DNA of 64,000 nucleotides from Candidatus Nealsonbacteria bacterium (GTDB lineage Bacteria; Patescibacteriota; Minisyncoccia; Minisyncoccales; JANBVM01): NCBI GenBank assembly GCA_026016225.1, contig CP061210.1, positions 517,882 to 581,881 of the forward strand, read 5' to 3'. Shown piece by piece: positions 54,613 to 63,571 of this stretch (position 1 is its first letter; each line of letters starts with the position of its first letter). The notes under the pieces were generated by a model. It saw only the letters and a program-made list of their open reading frames with translations, ran no database searches and was not told where the DNA came from. The position numbers and the translations under genes were made by a program.

Positions 54613-54685
54613 AGCCGAGAACGAGACTTGAACTCGTGCCCTTTCCCTTACCATGGGAATGCTCTACCAACTGAGCTATCTCGGC
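54613..54685 (-). tRNA. tRNA-Thr (anticodon GGT)
   Basis: Minus strand GCCGAGATAGCTCAGTTGGTAGAGCATTCCCATGGTAAGGGAAAGGGCACGAGTTCAAGTCTCGTTCTCGGC. Confidence 0.8.
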
Positions 54686-54702
54686 ATATTCTTGCAAAAT
54701 TT

Positions 54703-54786
54703 GTGGGTGGTGAGGGACTTGCACCCCCGAAGTCCAGAGGACGCTAGTTTTACAGACTAGTGCAATCGCTGCTCTGCCAACCACCC
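54703..54786 (-). tRNA. tRNA-Tyr (anticodon GTA), long variable arm
   Basis: Minus strand GGGTGGTTGGCAGAGCAGCGATTGCACTAGTCTGTAAAACTAGCGTCCTCTGGACTTCGGGGGTGCAAGTCCCTCACCACCCA. Anticodon stem CTAGT/ACTAG, loop CTGTAAA. Type II variable arm as expected for bacterial Tyr. Confidence 0.75.
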
Positions 54787-54849
54787 GATTAATTACCGTT
54801 TATATTAGCTTATTTTTTAGGATACATCAATAAAACACCTTAACAAATG

Positions 54850-55563
54850 CTATTTCTTAATAATCTTTGTTCTTTCTTTACGCCATTTTTCAATTTCCTT
54901 GTGATTGCCTGATAATAGAACTTTTGGCACTCTCCATATTACGCTTTTTTTCCCTCGCCCGCCGGAGCGTCCGCGAAGGCGAGGTTTAAAGACTTCAGGT
55001 CGGGTATATTGAGGGTACTCAATAAACCCTTTTCCTTTTGTTATCCTCTCTTTCAATAGTTGAGGTTTTCCCAAAACGCCGGGGATAAGTCTTGCAATTG
55101 TCTCTATCACTACCATAGCCGGTAGTTCTCCTCCCATTAAAACATAATCCCCTATTGATAATTCCATACTAGCTAAATGTTTTGCCACTCTTTCATCAAC
55201 TCCTTCATATCTGCCGCAAATCAAAATGAGCTGATTAAGTTTACTGAAAGAGAAAGCTAATTTTTGATTGAATTTTTTACCCCGTGGTGTAAATAAAATA
55301 ACTTTTCTCTTTCTATTGCTTAATCTCTTAATTCTCTTAATCTCTTTTACTGCTTTATAAATTGGTTCAACTTTTAAAACCATTCCTATTCCTCCCCCAT
55401 AAGGCCTGTCGTCAACTACTTGATGGCGGTCAGTAGTCCATTTCCTTAAGTTATGAACCTTAACTTTTATTAGCTTCTTTTTCTGAGCTCTGTCAATTAA
55501 ACTCTCTTTTAAATAAGAGTCAAATATTTCTGGAAAAATTGTGATAATATCAAAACGTAACAT
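54850..55563 (-). CDS. trmD: tRNA (guanine37-N1)-methyltransferase
   Basis: 237 aa. MLRFDIITIFPEIF..., YGGGIGMVLKVEP, ICGRYEGVDERV motifs. Confidence 0.9.
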   Translation of the reverse strand: MLRFDIITIFPEIFDSYLKESLIDRAQKKKLIKVKVHNLRKWTTDRHQVVDDRPYGGGIGMVLKVEPIYKAVKEIKRIKRLSNRKRKVILFTPRGKKFNQKLAFSFSKLNQLILICGRYEGVDERVAKHLASMELSIGDYVLMGGELPAMVVIETIARLIPGVLGKPQLLKERITKGKGFIEYPQYTRPEVFKPRLRGRSGGRGKKSVIWRVPKVLLSGNHKEIEKWRKERTKIIKK

Positions 55564-55674
55564 AATTACTTAAAGCGTGAAACTTAAAACGTAAAACATT
55601 ATTTTTTGCTCAAAATGAAAACAGCGCTACTAATCATAATAGCACCGTTTTCTTTAAGAGTAAATCTCTAAAAT

Positions 55675-55989
55675 TTAGAGTTTTAAATCCTCTAATCCTT
55701 CGTCTGCTGGAGCTTTCTTGTCTCTAGCAGCACCTCCTACTGGCTCTTCGATCTTTAAATTCACTCTGGCGTGATTTTTAAGACCGACGATTCGAACTAA
55801 ATTTCGAATAGCCCTAGCAGTAGATCCAGCCTTACCAATGATCTGTCCCATGTCCTCAGGGTTTACCTTTAAAGAAAGTAAAACTCCCATTTCGTCAACT
55901 CTTCTATCAACTTTGACGTCTTCTGGGTTATCAACTAAGGCTTTGATTAGGAATTCAAGAAATTCTTTATCTGCTGATTCTTTTGCCAT
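55675..55989 (-). CDS. khpA: KH-domain RNA-binding protein KhpA (YlqC/UPF0109)
   Basis: 104 aa with GKAGSTARAIRNLV (GxxG KH loop). Confidence 0.7.
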   Translation of the reverse strand: MAKESADKEFLEFLIKALVDNPEDVKVDRRVDEMGVLLSLKVNPEDMGQIIGKAGSTARAIRNLVRIVGLKNHARVNLKIEEPVGGAARDKKAPADEGLEDLKL

Positions 55990-56485
55990 ATTCCTACAGA
56001 ATTAACTGATTTTTTCATTATTCAAGTAGCCCGACCTTTGCAGCTTCCCCCTCCTTCAATCATTCGGAGAATAGGCTATGCTGAAAAAGCTACCAATGTT
56101 TTTATTATATTTATTATCTAAAACATGTCAAGTAATTAAACCTTTCTTCAAGGAAAGGAATAAAGGAAACCTTATTTAAAGATTTATTTTTTCTCCTTCA
56201 TTCCTTTCCCTACCATCATAAAGATGGCACAGGAAAGGAGAATCTTTATGACTCTAATGTCGCTGTACGACATTTTTATTATATCATATTAAATAGAATA
56301 CGTCAAATAAATTAGAATAGCCGTCATAAGGCTACGAGCCACTCGACTGAGATTATCCGAATCGAGAAACAGTGTTCAGAGGAGAGAGATTCTAATCCCC
56401 TCTCCTTTCGGATCAGGGACAACTTCACACTGTTTCCCCGATCCGCCCTCAATCAGAACGACTCACAGCCTCACGACGACTATCC

Positions 56486-56600
56486 AAACCTCACCTTGAA
56501 TCCACTTCTTTAAGAAATGAACTCAAGAAAGATTAGGTTTGAAAGTCCCACTCTCAAACCTTTTTCCCACACCGCTCGAAACGAGAGGTGTTTTAGAATT
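56486..56600. repeat. 105-bp direct repeat, copy 1 (pairs with 58021..58125)
   Basis: CCTCACCTTGAATCCACTTCT.TAAGAAATGAACTCAAGAAAGATTAGGTTTGAAAGTCCCACTCTCAAACCTTTTTCCCACACC.CTCGAAA.GA.AGGTGTT shared with copy 2 at about 95 percent. Contains hairpin AGGTTTGA / TCAAACCT. Confidence 0.65.
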
Positions 56601-56738
56601 CTTATCTCTGCGTTTTCGCAGAAAAAAACTGACGCCTACGGCTCTTTCCTCACGGATCATTGGCCAAACCTGCTGCCTACCGGTATCTAGATCACCAATC
56701 CCCAGCGTCTAATTAATATTTTTTTGATTTAACTGAAA

Positions 56739-57170
56739 TCACCAAGAAAACCAATCTTCATCTGGATCGTTATAATAGCGATCCATATCTTTTCCAGTGG
56801 GTGGTGCGTGCGCATAGCACGTGCCAAGGTAAACCCAAAAAAAGCTGTCTTTGGTTAACAAAGCACGTGGACAATGAACAAAATCCACTTTGTCATCTCT
56901 TACTCTCTCCATCAAGTTTTCTAGGAGAGAGCATTTGAATTCACCGTAAGGAGTAGCACCATTCCTGGGACACTCGTCACTACAAGAGTGACAGGTCCCG
57001 AAACAGAATCTAGCTACTTTGTAGCCAAGAATTTGCTCACCCCACTTTTTATGAAAAATTTTTCGTGGGGCTATGGGAATCTTCGCCTTCTCCAAATCCT
57101 CTACTGGCGTGCATTTTTGTGGCCACGCCTCGTAGAGTAGAACTTCAACTGACAGAGGGCCTTGAATCAT
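56739..57170 (-). CDS. Cys-rich hypothetical protein (GC-richer)
   Basis: 143 aa. CFGTCHSCSDECPRNG and CSLL...HCP motifs. Confidence 0.35.
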   Translation of the reverse strand: MIQGPLSVEVLLYEAWPQKCTPVEDLEKAKIPIAPRKIFHKKWGEQILGYKVARFCFGTCHSCSDECPRNGATPYGEFKCSLLENLMERVRDDKVDFVHCPRALLTKDSFFWVYLGTCYAHAPPTGKDMDRYYNDPDEDWFSW

Positions 57171-57724
57171 AAATAATCCCCTTCGTAGTTTCCATTATCA
57201 ATAATATTTTCATCACCGATTTTTACTTCGATATTTTTCCCATCATATCGAAGTAACAAATAGTTTTTGTTTTCAACTCTCCTCCCTGTTCGGTGAGCTC
57301 GAAGCTCATCGCCTGGATTTAATACAACCAGGATCTCCGCTGTCTCCCCAAGGGCACCCCCTCCGCTATGCCAAGATGAATCTATGGCAATCACCTGTAC
57401 ATTTCTGTCGGCATTAATTCCTGCCGACCCCCGATAACCTGATTTTATCCTCCAAAGGAGTAAAATCCGATTATCTGCTGTAGGTCGTTCAGCGACGATT
57501 AAAAACTTCCCCGTTAATTCTTTTGTCTCTTTGTCTCTTAATGCAATAACTCCCGCCCTAAGAATTTTTCCCTGGCTACTAATTATGTCCACGTCCCGTT
57601 TCCCGATTGAAACCCATGTAGCTCTCTTATGACCTCCCTCCCCTAATGTCACATGTGGATAGGGATTTTGGTCGACCGGGATCCCAACACAAATTTGGTC
57701 TTCAATAGTTTTAAAACATTTCAT
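57167..57724 (-). CDS. Hypothetical protein (GC-richer)
   Basis: 185 aa, overlaps downstream gene by 4 nt (ATGA). Confidence 0.35.
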   Translation of the reverse strand: MKCFKTIEDQICVGIPVDQNPYPHVTLGEGGHKRATWVSIGKRDVDIISSQGKILRAGVIALRDKETKELTGKFLIVAERPTADNRILLLWRIKSGYRGSAGINADRNVQVIAIDSSWHSGGGALGETAEILVVLNPGDELRAHRTGRRVENKNYLLLRYDGKNIEVKIGDENIIDNGNYEGDYL

Positions 57725-58020
57725 TTTAATCCTCTTTTTTTATTTAATTTTTTTTAAAAATTTAAATATTTTTTGGTAAATGTGGTTCACTCTACCTACT
57801 AAACAGACTAATAAGTAAGGTGAACCTCATTTACCTAAAAAGGATTTTTCGACCAGAAATTCAGATATAACAAACAACCCTAATCTATCTATAGTTACTT
57901 TCCTTTTTATTCTTTTAATGAACACTCGTTTTGCTTGCCGACCCTCGGCAGGCAGGTTTTTTATTCCACCTTTTTCCAAATCGTAAAAGTTTTTACAACT
58001 TGGAAAAAAATAGAAATTCT

Positions 58021-58125
58021 TAACCTCACCTTGAATCCACTTCTAATAAGAAATGAACTCAAGAAAGATTAGGTTTGAAAGTCCCACTCTCAAACCTTTT
58101 TCCCACACCTCTCGAAATGAAAGGT
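58021..58125. repeat. 105-bp direct repeat, copy 2
   Basis: See 56486..56600. The two copies bracket the two-gene cassette 56739..57724. Confidence 0.65.
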
Positions 58126-58170
58126 GTTCTGAAAAAAATAATTTGAATAAGAAAGATTGGAAGAAACTAC

Positions 58171-58614
58171 TTAGTCATCTTCTATTGGACTGCCGTCCTC
58201 CTTTATTCCCACAGCTGCGACAAAATCGCAGCCACAAAAGGAGCAATTTAGCGTCCCCAGAGGACACTCATCACTCTCTTTTAAATGAGGGTGATGGATG
58301 AGTTCAATGTGTTCTGTACCGAGCTCTACGGCTCTAAGAACATCCATTGCCCAACCGGCAGGAACATATAGCTTTTTAAATTCCTGTCTGGTTGGTTCTC
58401 TTTCTTCGTCCTGGATCATTTCTTCAAGATCCAAGCTCCAAGATAATATCCCGTACTCTATATCTTTGGTTAATCCAAAGAAAGAGTACCATATATCCTC
58501 TGGGTTTTTCCCAATAATCTCCGCTAATTCCTGAAGATTTACCCAGCCCCAGCCGCAGGGGCCTTCAAAAATGGCTGGTTTTAATTTTTTTGTTTCAATT
58601 TTATCTTTTTTCAT
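58171..58614 (-). CDS. Hypothetical protein with C-terminal Cys cluster (GC-richer)
   Basis: 147 aa. CPLGTLNCSFCGCDF motif near C-terminus and GPCGWGW near N-terminus. Confidence 0.35.
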   Translation of the reverse strand: MKKDKIETKKLKPAIFEGPCGWGWVNLQELAEIIGKNPEDIWYSFFGLTKDIEYGILSWSLDLEEMIQDEEREPTRQEFKKLYVPAGWAMDVLRAVELGTEHIELIHHPHLKESDECPLGTLNCSFCGCDFVAAVGIKEDGSPIEDD

Positions 58615-60581
58615 TTTTAATATCTCCGCTACCTGCTAGTAGCTGTTTGAGATATTAATTACTACTACACAGCGAACAGGTAGCACACTGAATACCTCTT
58701 TTAGTTTTAGAGATACACAAAGTGCTGCCTATTCGGGTAGTACTTTCCTTTCTTTCCCTTTTTATTTTTTTTCAACGTGCGCCTTAACCCTAAGGGCAAT
58801 TTCGTTCCACCCTTTCTCAGACCGTCAAATAGAATTCTGGCGGGCTGGGAAAGACAGAAACCCATATAAACCCATCTTTCTTTTTTCTTTTTTTACAAAA
58901 AAGAAAAAAATAGAAAAAAATTATAAAAAATTATTTTGGAATTGCATTTGGGACTGTAACTGTTATTTCTTGAACTGAAGAAATTAGTACAGCAACATTA
59001 ATTATCTTCTCAAAAACATTTTCTGGAATTACAATGTTTGCTTTTTCTAAAATTTCCTTTATCATTGCTGCAGTAGTTTTTTTTAAAAGTTCGTCCTTTT
59101 CTTTTTCACTCAATTTTCTTTTATCTACCATTTTTCATCACTCATTTTTTACTCCCATCGGGTTCCGGGTCTCCCCGAGGCAGGTCGTCCGCCTTGAGTC
59201 TTATCTCAAGAGAATCATAGACTCAAACCTGTCTACCAAGATTGATAACCAAGTTTGAGCTTAGATTCTCTCCTTTTCTTATTCAATTTTAGTTATCAAC
59301 GTACTCCCTACTTCACTCTTATAATAATGAAATTTCCCGGCACAACTGGATGGGTTAATTCTGTTATGCCGGCCGATCTCATTACTATGGAAACCGGTCG
59401 GTAAGTTGCCTTTCAAGGAGATTTATCCAAGAGACTGCTACTAGTCCTACTCTCTCCCATGCCCTGTACCGAATGGTGCGGGGTCCTTCACAACAAATAG
59501 ATTTTTCTGCGGTTGGGAGAAAATCTCTTACCCCCAGATTGTCAATGTCCCCCATTAACACGTTTATTTATTGTAAAAAAGGATGTAGGAACAATCTCTT
59601 AGAACTTAATCAGCATCCCTACTCAGCGGCAGAAACGGTTCTTTCTACGTTTCCGCACTAACCTACCAGCTCTCAAACCTGTCGAGTGATACAGACTCGA
59701 GAGATTTGAAAGAACATTTTTAAACAAAGAACTATTGTTTTTTTTACCCCTTAGTGAACTCTGTTCTACTTCGGGGCTCTCTCCTTTTACCCTCCATAGC
59801 TTTAGCGACGGAGGGTCTTTTTCTCCTCTATTCAGAGAGAGGGATGAAGGAAAGTTATTTTTTGAGAAAAAACTGTACGGGCCTAAATTTTTAATTGCTT
59901 TTTAAAGCTTTATAGTGAATGCCCCGTTTTCTCTTTTTAAGAAATCTTTAATCCCCCAGATAAGGGAATATTTCACCGCGTATCCAGTAGGAGATTTCTC
60001 TCTGTAAGTATTCCTTTTTTTAGGACTCTCTCCCCCATCCCTCTCCCTCCCGCCTCCGCTAAAGCTTCGGCGAGGCACAGTCCTCCTTTTCTGACAATTG
60101 CCAGATTAGAGGTATGTTTGGAGAAGACTTTCAAGTTTTTGTTTCAATGAACTATGTTTTCCAAACTAACAGGCGGCTCTCAAAGAGAGAGCCGCCTGAT
60201 ATTAATCGCTAAATCTAGTGACTAATTATTATTCATAATTACGAACTAAAAAATGTAATTATGACTCTCTCCCTTTGCCCTCCATAGTATTCCACGACGG
60301 AGGGTCTTTTTTTTAATTTTTTAAAGAAAATCTCTTTATCTTATTACACCTGTATTATATCATATATATAAATTTTGTCAAGGCCATTTCTGAATTTTCG
60401 TTCTCCTTTCTTTTCCCTCATTCTCAAACAATTGTACTATATCATAGTATCTCAAATCTGTCAAGCCCTTTCATCAGGTTACCACAGCAGGTTGCATCCT
60501 TCCCTACTATTTACTATTTTTTAAAAGAAAAAAAGTGAGCAAGGTCGAACCTTGCTCACTTTAGAAAGATAGTAGAAAATT

Positions 60582-61022
60582 TTAGTCTGTTTTTCTCTCG
60601 TCTGTTTCAGAATGTTTTTTAACTTCTTCTTTCTCTTCAGGAGCTGGAATTTCTTTCTTTTCTTCCGGAGGAGAAATCTCTTCTGGTTTTTCCCCCTCCG
60701 CTAAAGCTTCGGGGGACGAAGCTGGAGCTTCCACTTCTTTTGGTTGTTCCTTCTTCACTTTCTTATGTTTTGCAATTTTCTTTCCCTCAATAATTTTTTC
60801 TGAAACTAACAAATTATAAAGGGTATCTGATGGCTTTGCTCCAACTGACAACCAATAATTAATCCTTTCTTTTCTCAAAATTTTCTCTTTAGTTAAAGGA
60901 TTTAAAAAACCAACCTCTTCTACAAAGCGGCCTTTGTTAGAAGCCTTTCTTTTATCAATCACAACAATTTTAAAAGAGGGCTGATTTTTTTTACCGACTC
61001 TGAATAGTCTAATAGTTAACAT
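60582..61022 (-). CDS. rpsP: 30S ribosomal protein S16 with roughly 60 aa acidic/Pro-rich C-terminal extension
   Basis: 146 aa. N-terminal MLTIRLFRVGKKNQPSFKIVVIDKRKASNKGRFVEEVGFLNP is canonical S16. Confidence 0.85.
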   Translation of the reverse strand: MLTIRLFRVGKKNQPSFKIVVIDKRKASNKGRFVEEVGFLNPLTKEKILRKERINYWLSVGAKPSDTLYNLLVSEKIIEGKKIAKHKKVKKEQPKEVEAPASSPEALAEGEKPEEISPPEEKKEIPAPEEKEEVKKHSETDERKTD

Positions 61023-61031
61023 ATCACTTCA

Positions 61032-61718
61032 CTATTTTTTAACTTCTAATGCTTTTTTGGCTGCTTCTTCCTCTGCTTCTTGTTTTGAAGAACCTTCACC
61101 TTCTGCTATCAATTCTTCTTCTAAAAAAACACCGATAATAAAATGTTTAGCATGGTCAGGACCCCATTCCTTCAATACTTTATAAGCAGGGGTAATTCCT
61201 ACTCTTTCCTGAGATTCCTCTTGAAAATGGGACTTGGCGTCTCTATAAAGACCTTTTTCAATAATTAAGGGCAACTCTTTTATTAAATGCTTTCTTATAA
61301 AACCCTGACAAGTTTTATATCCCCGGTCAAGATAAATTGCTCCAATTACAGCTTCGAAGGTATTGGCTAAAATATATCTTCTGGCTTTACCCAATTCTTT
61401 TGATTCTCCCCGTGAAAGTAACAAAAAATCGTTAAAACCTAATTTTTGGGCAACCCTTGCAAGTATCTTTGAGTTCACAAGAGATGCTCTCCAATTAGTT
61501 AACTCTCCTTCTGTTTTTTTAGGATATTGCTGATAAAGATCTTCTGTAACAACTAATTCTAATACTGCATCTCCTAAAAACTCAAGTCTTTCATTATGAG
61601 ATAAATGAAAATCAGGATGCTCATTGCAATAAGAACGATGAACAAAAGCCTGAGTCAAAAGGTCTTTGTTTTTAAATTTAATATTTATTTTTTTCTCAAA
61701 TTCTGAAAAATCCTTCAC
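61032..61718 (-). CDS. rnc: Ribonuclease III
   Basis: 228 aa. Signature ERLEFLGDAVLELVVTEDLY and C-terminal dsRBD. Confidence 0.9.
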   Translation of the reverse strand: MKDFSEFEKKINIKFKNKDLLTQAFVHRSYCNEHPDFHLSHNERLEFLGDAVLELVVTEDLYQQYPKKTEGELTNWRASLVNSKILARVAQKLGFNDFLLLSRGESKELGKARRYILANTFEAVIGAIYLDRGYKTCQGFIRKHLIKELPLIIEKGLYRDAKSHFQEESQERVGITPAYKVLKEWGPDHAKHFIIGVFLEEELIAEGEGSSKQEAEEEAAKKALEVKK

Positions 61719-61731
61719 TTTATTATCTTTG

Positions 61732-62244
61732 TTATTTGTTATTATTTTGTTCTTTTTTTTCTTCTTTGTCCTCTAAAACCTCCTGTCCTTCCGCAGCTAA
61801 AGCTGCGGAGGGTTTCTCACCTTCTTTAGGAGAAATAAGTTCAAAAACTGTTCCTAAAACTCCATTAATAAATTTTCCTGAATTCTCGCCTCCAAATGAT
61901 TTTGCCAATTCAATTGCCTCATTAATAGCTACTTTTGGAGGAACAGCTTTTTTATCTTCGTACAACAGTTCAAAAATTCCAATTCTTAAAATATTACGGT
62001 CAACAATTGAAATCTGCTCAATGGGCCATTGAGGAGCAGCTTTTTTTATAATTTCATTAATCTCTTCAATATGTTCAACCACTCCTGTTACCAGTTCCCA
62101 GACAAAACTTTCATTTTCTAATCCGGGTCCAAATTCTTTCAGATTTTTTTCGGTAATCTTTTTCAAATCTAATTCTCTATCTGAAAAATCCCATTCATAT
62201 AGAGATTGCATAGCGATTGAACGTGAAAGGTGACGACTAGCCAT
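61732..62244 (-). CDS. nusB: Transcription antitermination factor NusB with C-terminal extension
   Basis: 170 aa. NusB core (RELALQSLY-like MQSLYEWDF..., [12 protein letters not shown]) plus about 30 aa acidic tail. Confidence 0.75.
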   Translation of the reverse strand: MASRHLSRSIAMQSLYEWDFSDRELDLKKITEKNLKEFGPGLENESFVWELVTGVVEHIEEINEIIKKAAPQWPIEQISIVDRNILRIGIFELLYEDKKAVPPKVAINEAIELAKSFGGENSGKFINGVLGTVFELISPKEGEKPSAALAAEGQEVLEDKEEKKEQNNNK

Positions 62245-62304
62245 GGATAAATGGTTATATGGCTAAATGGCTAATAATTTTTGGTAGTAGAATCATTAAA
62301 CAAT

Positions 62305-62619
62305 TTAACCATTAAACAATTTTTTCTTAGATAGTTGCTGCCAGCTTAAAGGTCTCTTCTTTTTACCAACCTCTTCTTTATCTCCTTTCTCTTTTATTTT
62401 TATTTCTTTCTCTCGCCTTTTCTTTTCTTTTTTGTCTAATTTCCCAAAAACATTAATAATTTCTTTTTCTTTATAATATCCGCAAAAAGAACAAACAGTG
62501 TGGGGTATCATCTGCTTGCCACACTTTTTACATTTAACTAAAGTAGGCTTCTTTAAAAAAATATGAAGTCTTCTTTTATCTCTTCTTGATTTGGTCGTTC
62601 TCTTTTTTGGGACAGCCAT
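62305..62619 (-). CDS. rpmF: 50S ribosomal protein L32 with Lys/Glu-rich C-terminal extension
   Basis: 104 aa. MAVPKKRTTKSRRDKRR... canonical L32 N-terminus and CxxC...CxxC zinc ribbon. Confidence 0.85.
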   Translation of the reverse strand: MAVPKKRTTKSRRDKRRLHIFLKKPTLVKCKKCGKQMIPHTVCSFCGYYKEKEIINVFGKLDKKEKKRREKEIKIKEKGDKEEVGKKKRPLSWQQLSKKKLFNG

Positions 62620-62714
62620 AGCAGAAAATGGTCCAATAGTTATATGATTAAATAGTTTAATCTATAACTGTATGATAAATTTAACAAAATTGCAAGGGAA
62701 AACCATTTAGCCAT

Positions 62715-63380
62715 TTAATAATTTAACAATTTTTTTACTGGTCTAAAGGATTTGCGGTGGATTGAACAAGGCCCATACTTCTTTAATCTCTTTAAGTGGA
62801 GTTTGGTCGCATATCCTTTATGCTTTGAAAACCCATATTGAGGGTATTTTTTGCCATACCTTCTCATCATTCTGTCACGGCTTACTTTTGCAATAATGCT
62901 GGCTGCAGCGCAGGAAAAAACTTTATTATCTGCCTTTATAATTGATTTTTGTAGAATATCTAAATCAAGTTTCATTCTCCCATCTAATATTAAAAATTCA
63001 ATTAAATTTAATCTCTTTTTCTTCTTAATCTTCTTTTCTAAGTTTTTCACTGCTCTCTTCATTGCTAATTTTGTAGCTTCTAAAATATTAATTTTATCAA
63101 TAACTTTTTCAGAGGCCTTGCCTATCCCCCATTTTATCTGAGGATGATTTATTAAAATTTTATAAAGCTCCTCCCGTTTTTTAGGACTTAATTTCTTAGA
63201 ATCCTTGACATCGCGAATATCTACGAATTTAGCACGAATTTTACGAATAGATTTTATTAAAACTGCTGCCGCCACCACAGGTCCTGAAAGCGGTCCCCTC
63301 CCTGCCTCGTCTAACCCAACAACTTTCTTAAATCCCTTTTTCCATAATTTTTTTTCTTCAGAAAAATTTGGATATCTCAT
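62715..63380 (-). CDS. rnhB: Ribonuclease HII
   Basis: 221 aa. GLDEAGRGPLSGPVVAAAV and catalytic region LILDGRMK-like motifs. Confidence 0.9.
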   Translation of the reverse strand: MRYPNFSEEKKLWKKGFKKVVGLDEAGRGPLSGPVVAAAVLIKSIRKIRAKFVDIRDVKDSKKLSPKKREELYKILINHPQIKWGIGKASEKVIDKINILEATKLAMKRAVKNLEKKIKKKKRLNLIEFLILDGRMKLDLDILQKSIIKADNKVFSCAAASIIAKVSRDRMMRRYGKKYPQYGFSKHKGYATKLHLKRLKKYGPCSIHRKSFRPVKKLLNY

Positions 63381-63389
63381 TTGTTTATT

Positions 63390-63545
63390 ATAATTCGAGC
63401 AAAGCGAGAATCAAGGTTCTTCTGCTTCACAGAAGGTTCTTAATTCGAGCGAAGCGAGAATCAAGGTTCTCGAGCGCAGTGAGAGGTTCTTATTTGAGCG
63501 AAGCGAAAACAAGGTTCTTCTACTTCGCAGAAGGTTCTTATCTTA
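63390..63545. repeat. Tandem array, three units of about 50 bp: (T)AATTCGAGCGAAGCGAGAATCAAGGTTCT + 14-nt variable + GGTTCTTA
   Basis: Units at about 63390, 63441 and 63492. Variable 14-mers are tctgcttcacagaa, cgagcgcagtgaga, tctacttcgcagaa. AGGTTCTT occurs six times. Confidence 0.65.
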
Positions 63546-63571
63546 AATTACCACAAAAAGAACAAAGCCAA

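Noticed and set aside
54440-54784. 114-aa track ORF spanning rpmG, tRNA-Thr and tRNA-Tyr
   Set aside because: The N-terminal 60 codons are a read-through of two tRNA genes. Only the C-terminal 54 aa (MAKRKK...) match ribosomal protein L33.
63390-63545. Tandem repeats upstream of rnhB considered as a CRISPR array
   Set aside because: Only three units. The variable segments are 14 nt (far too short for spacers), and two of them are near-identical and palindromic. No cas genes in the window. Better explained as a tandem copy of the dispersed roughly 50-bp repeat family.
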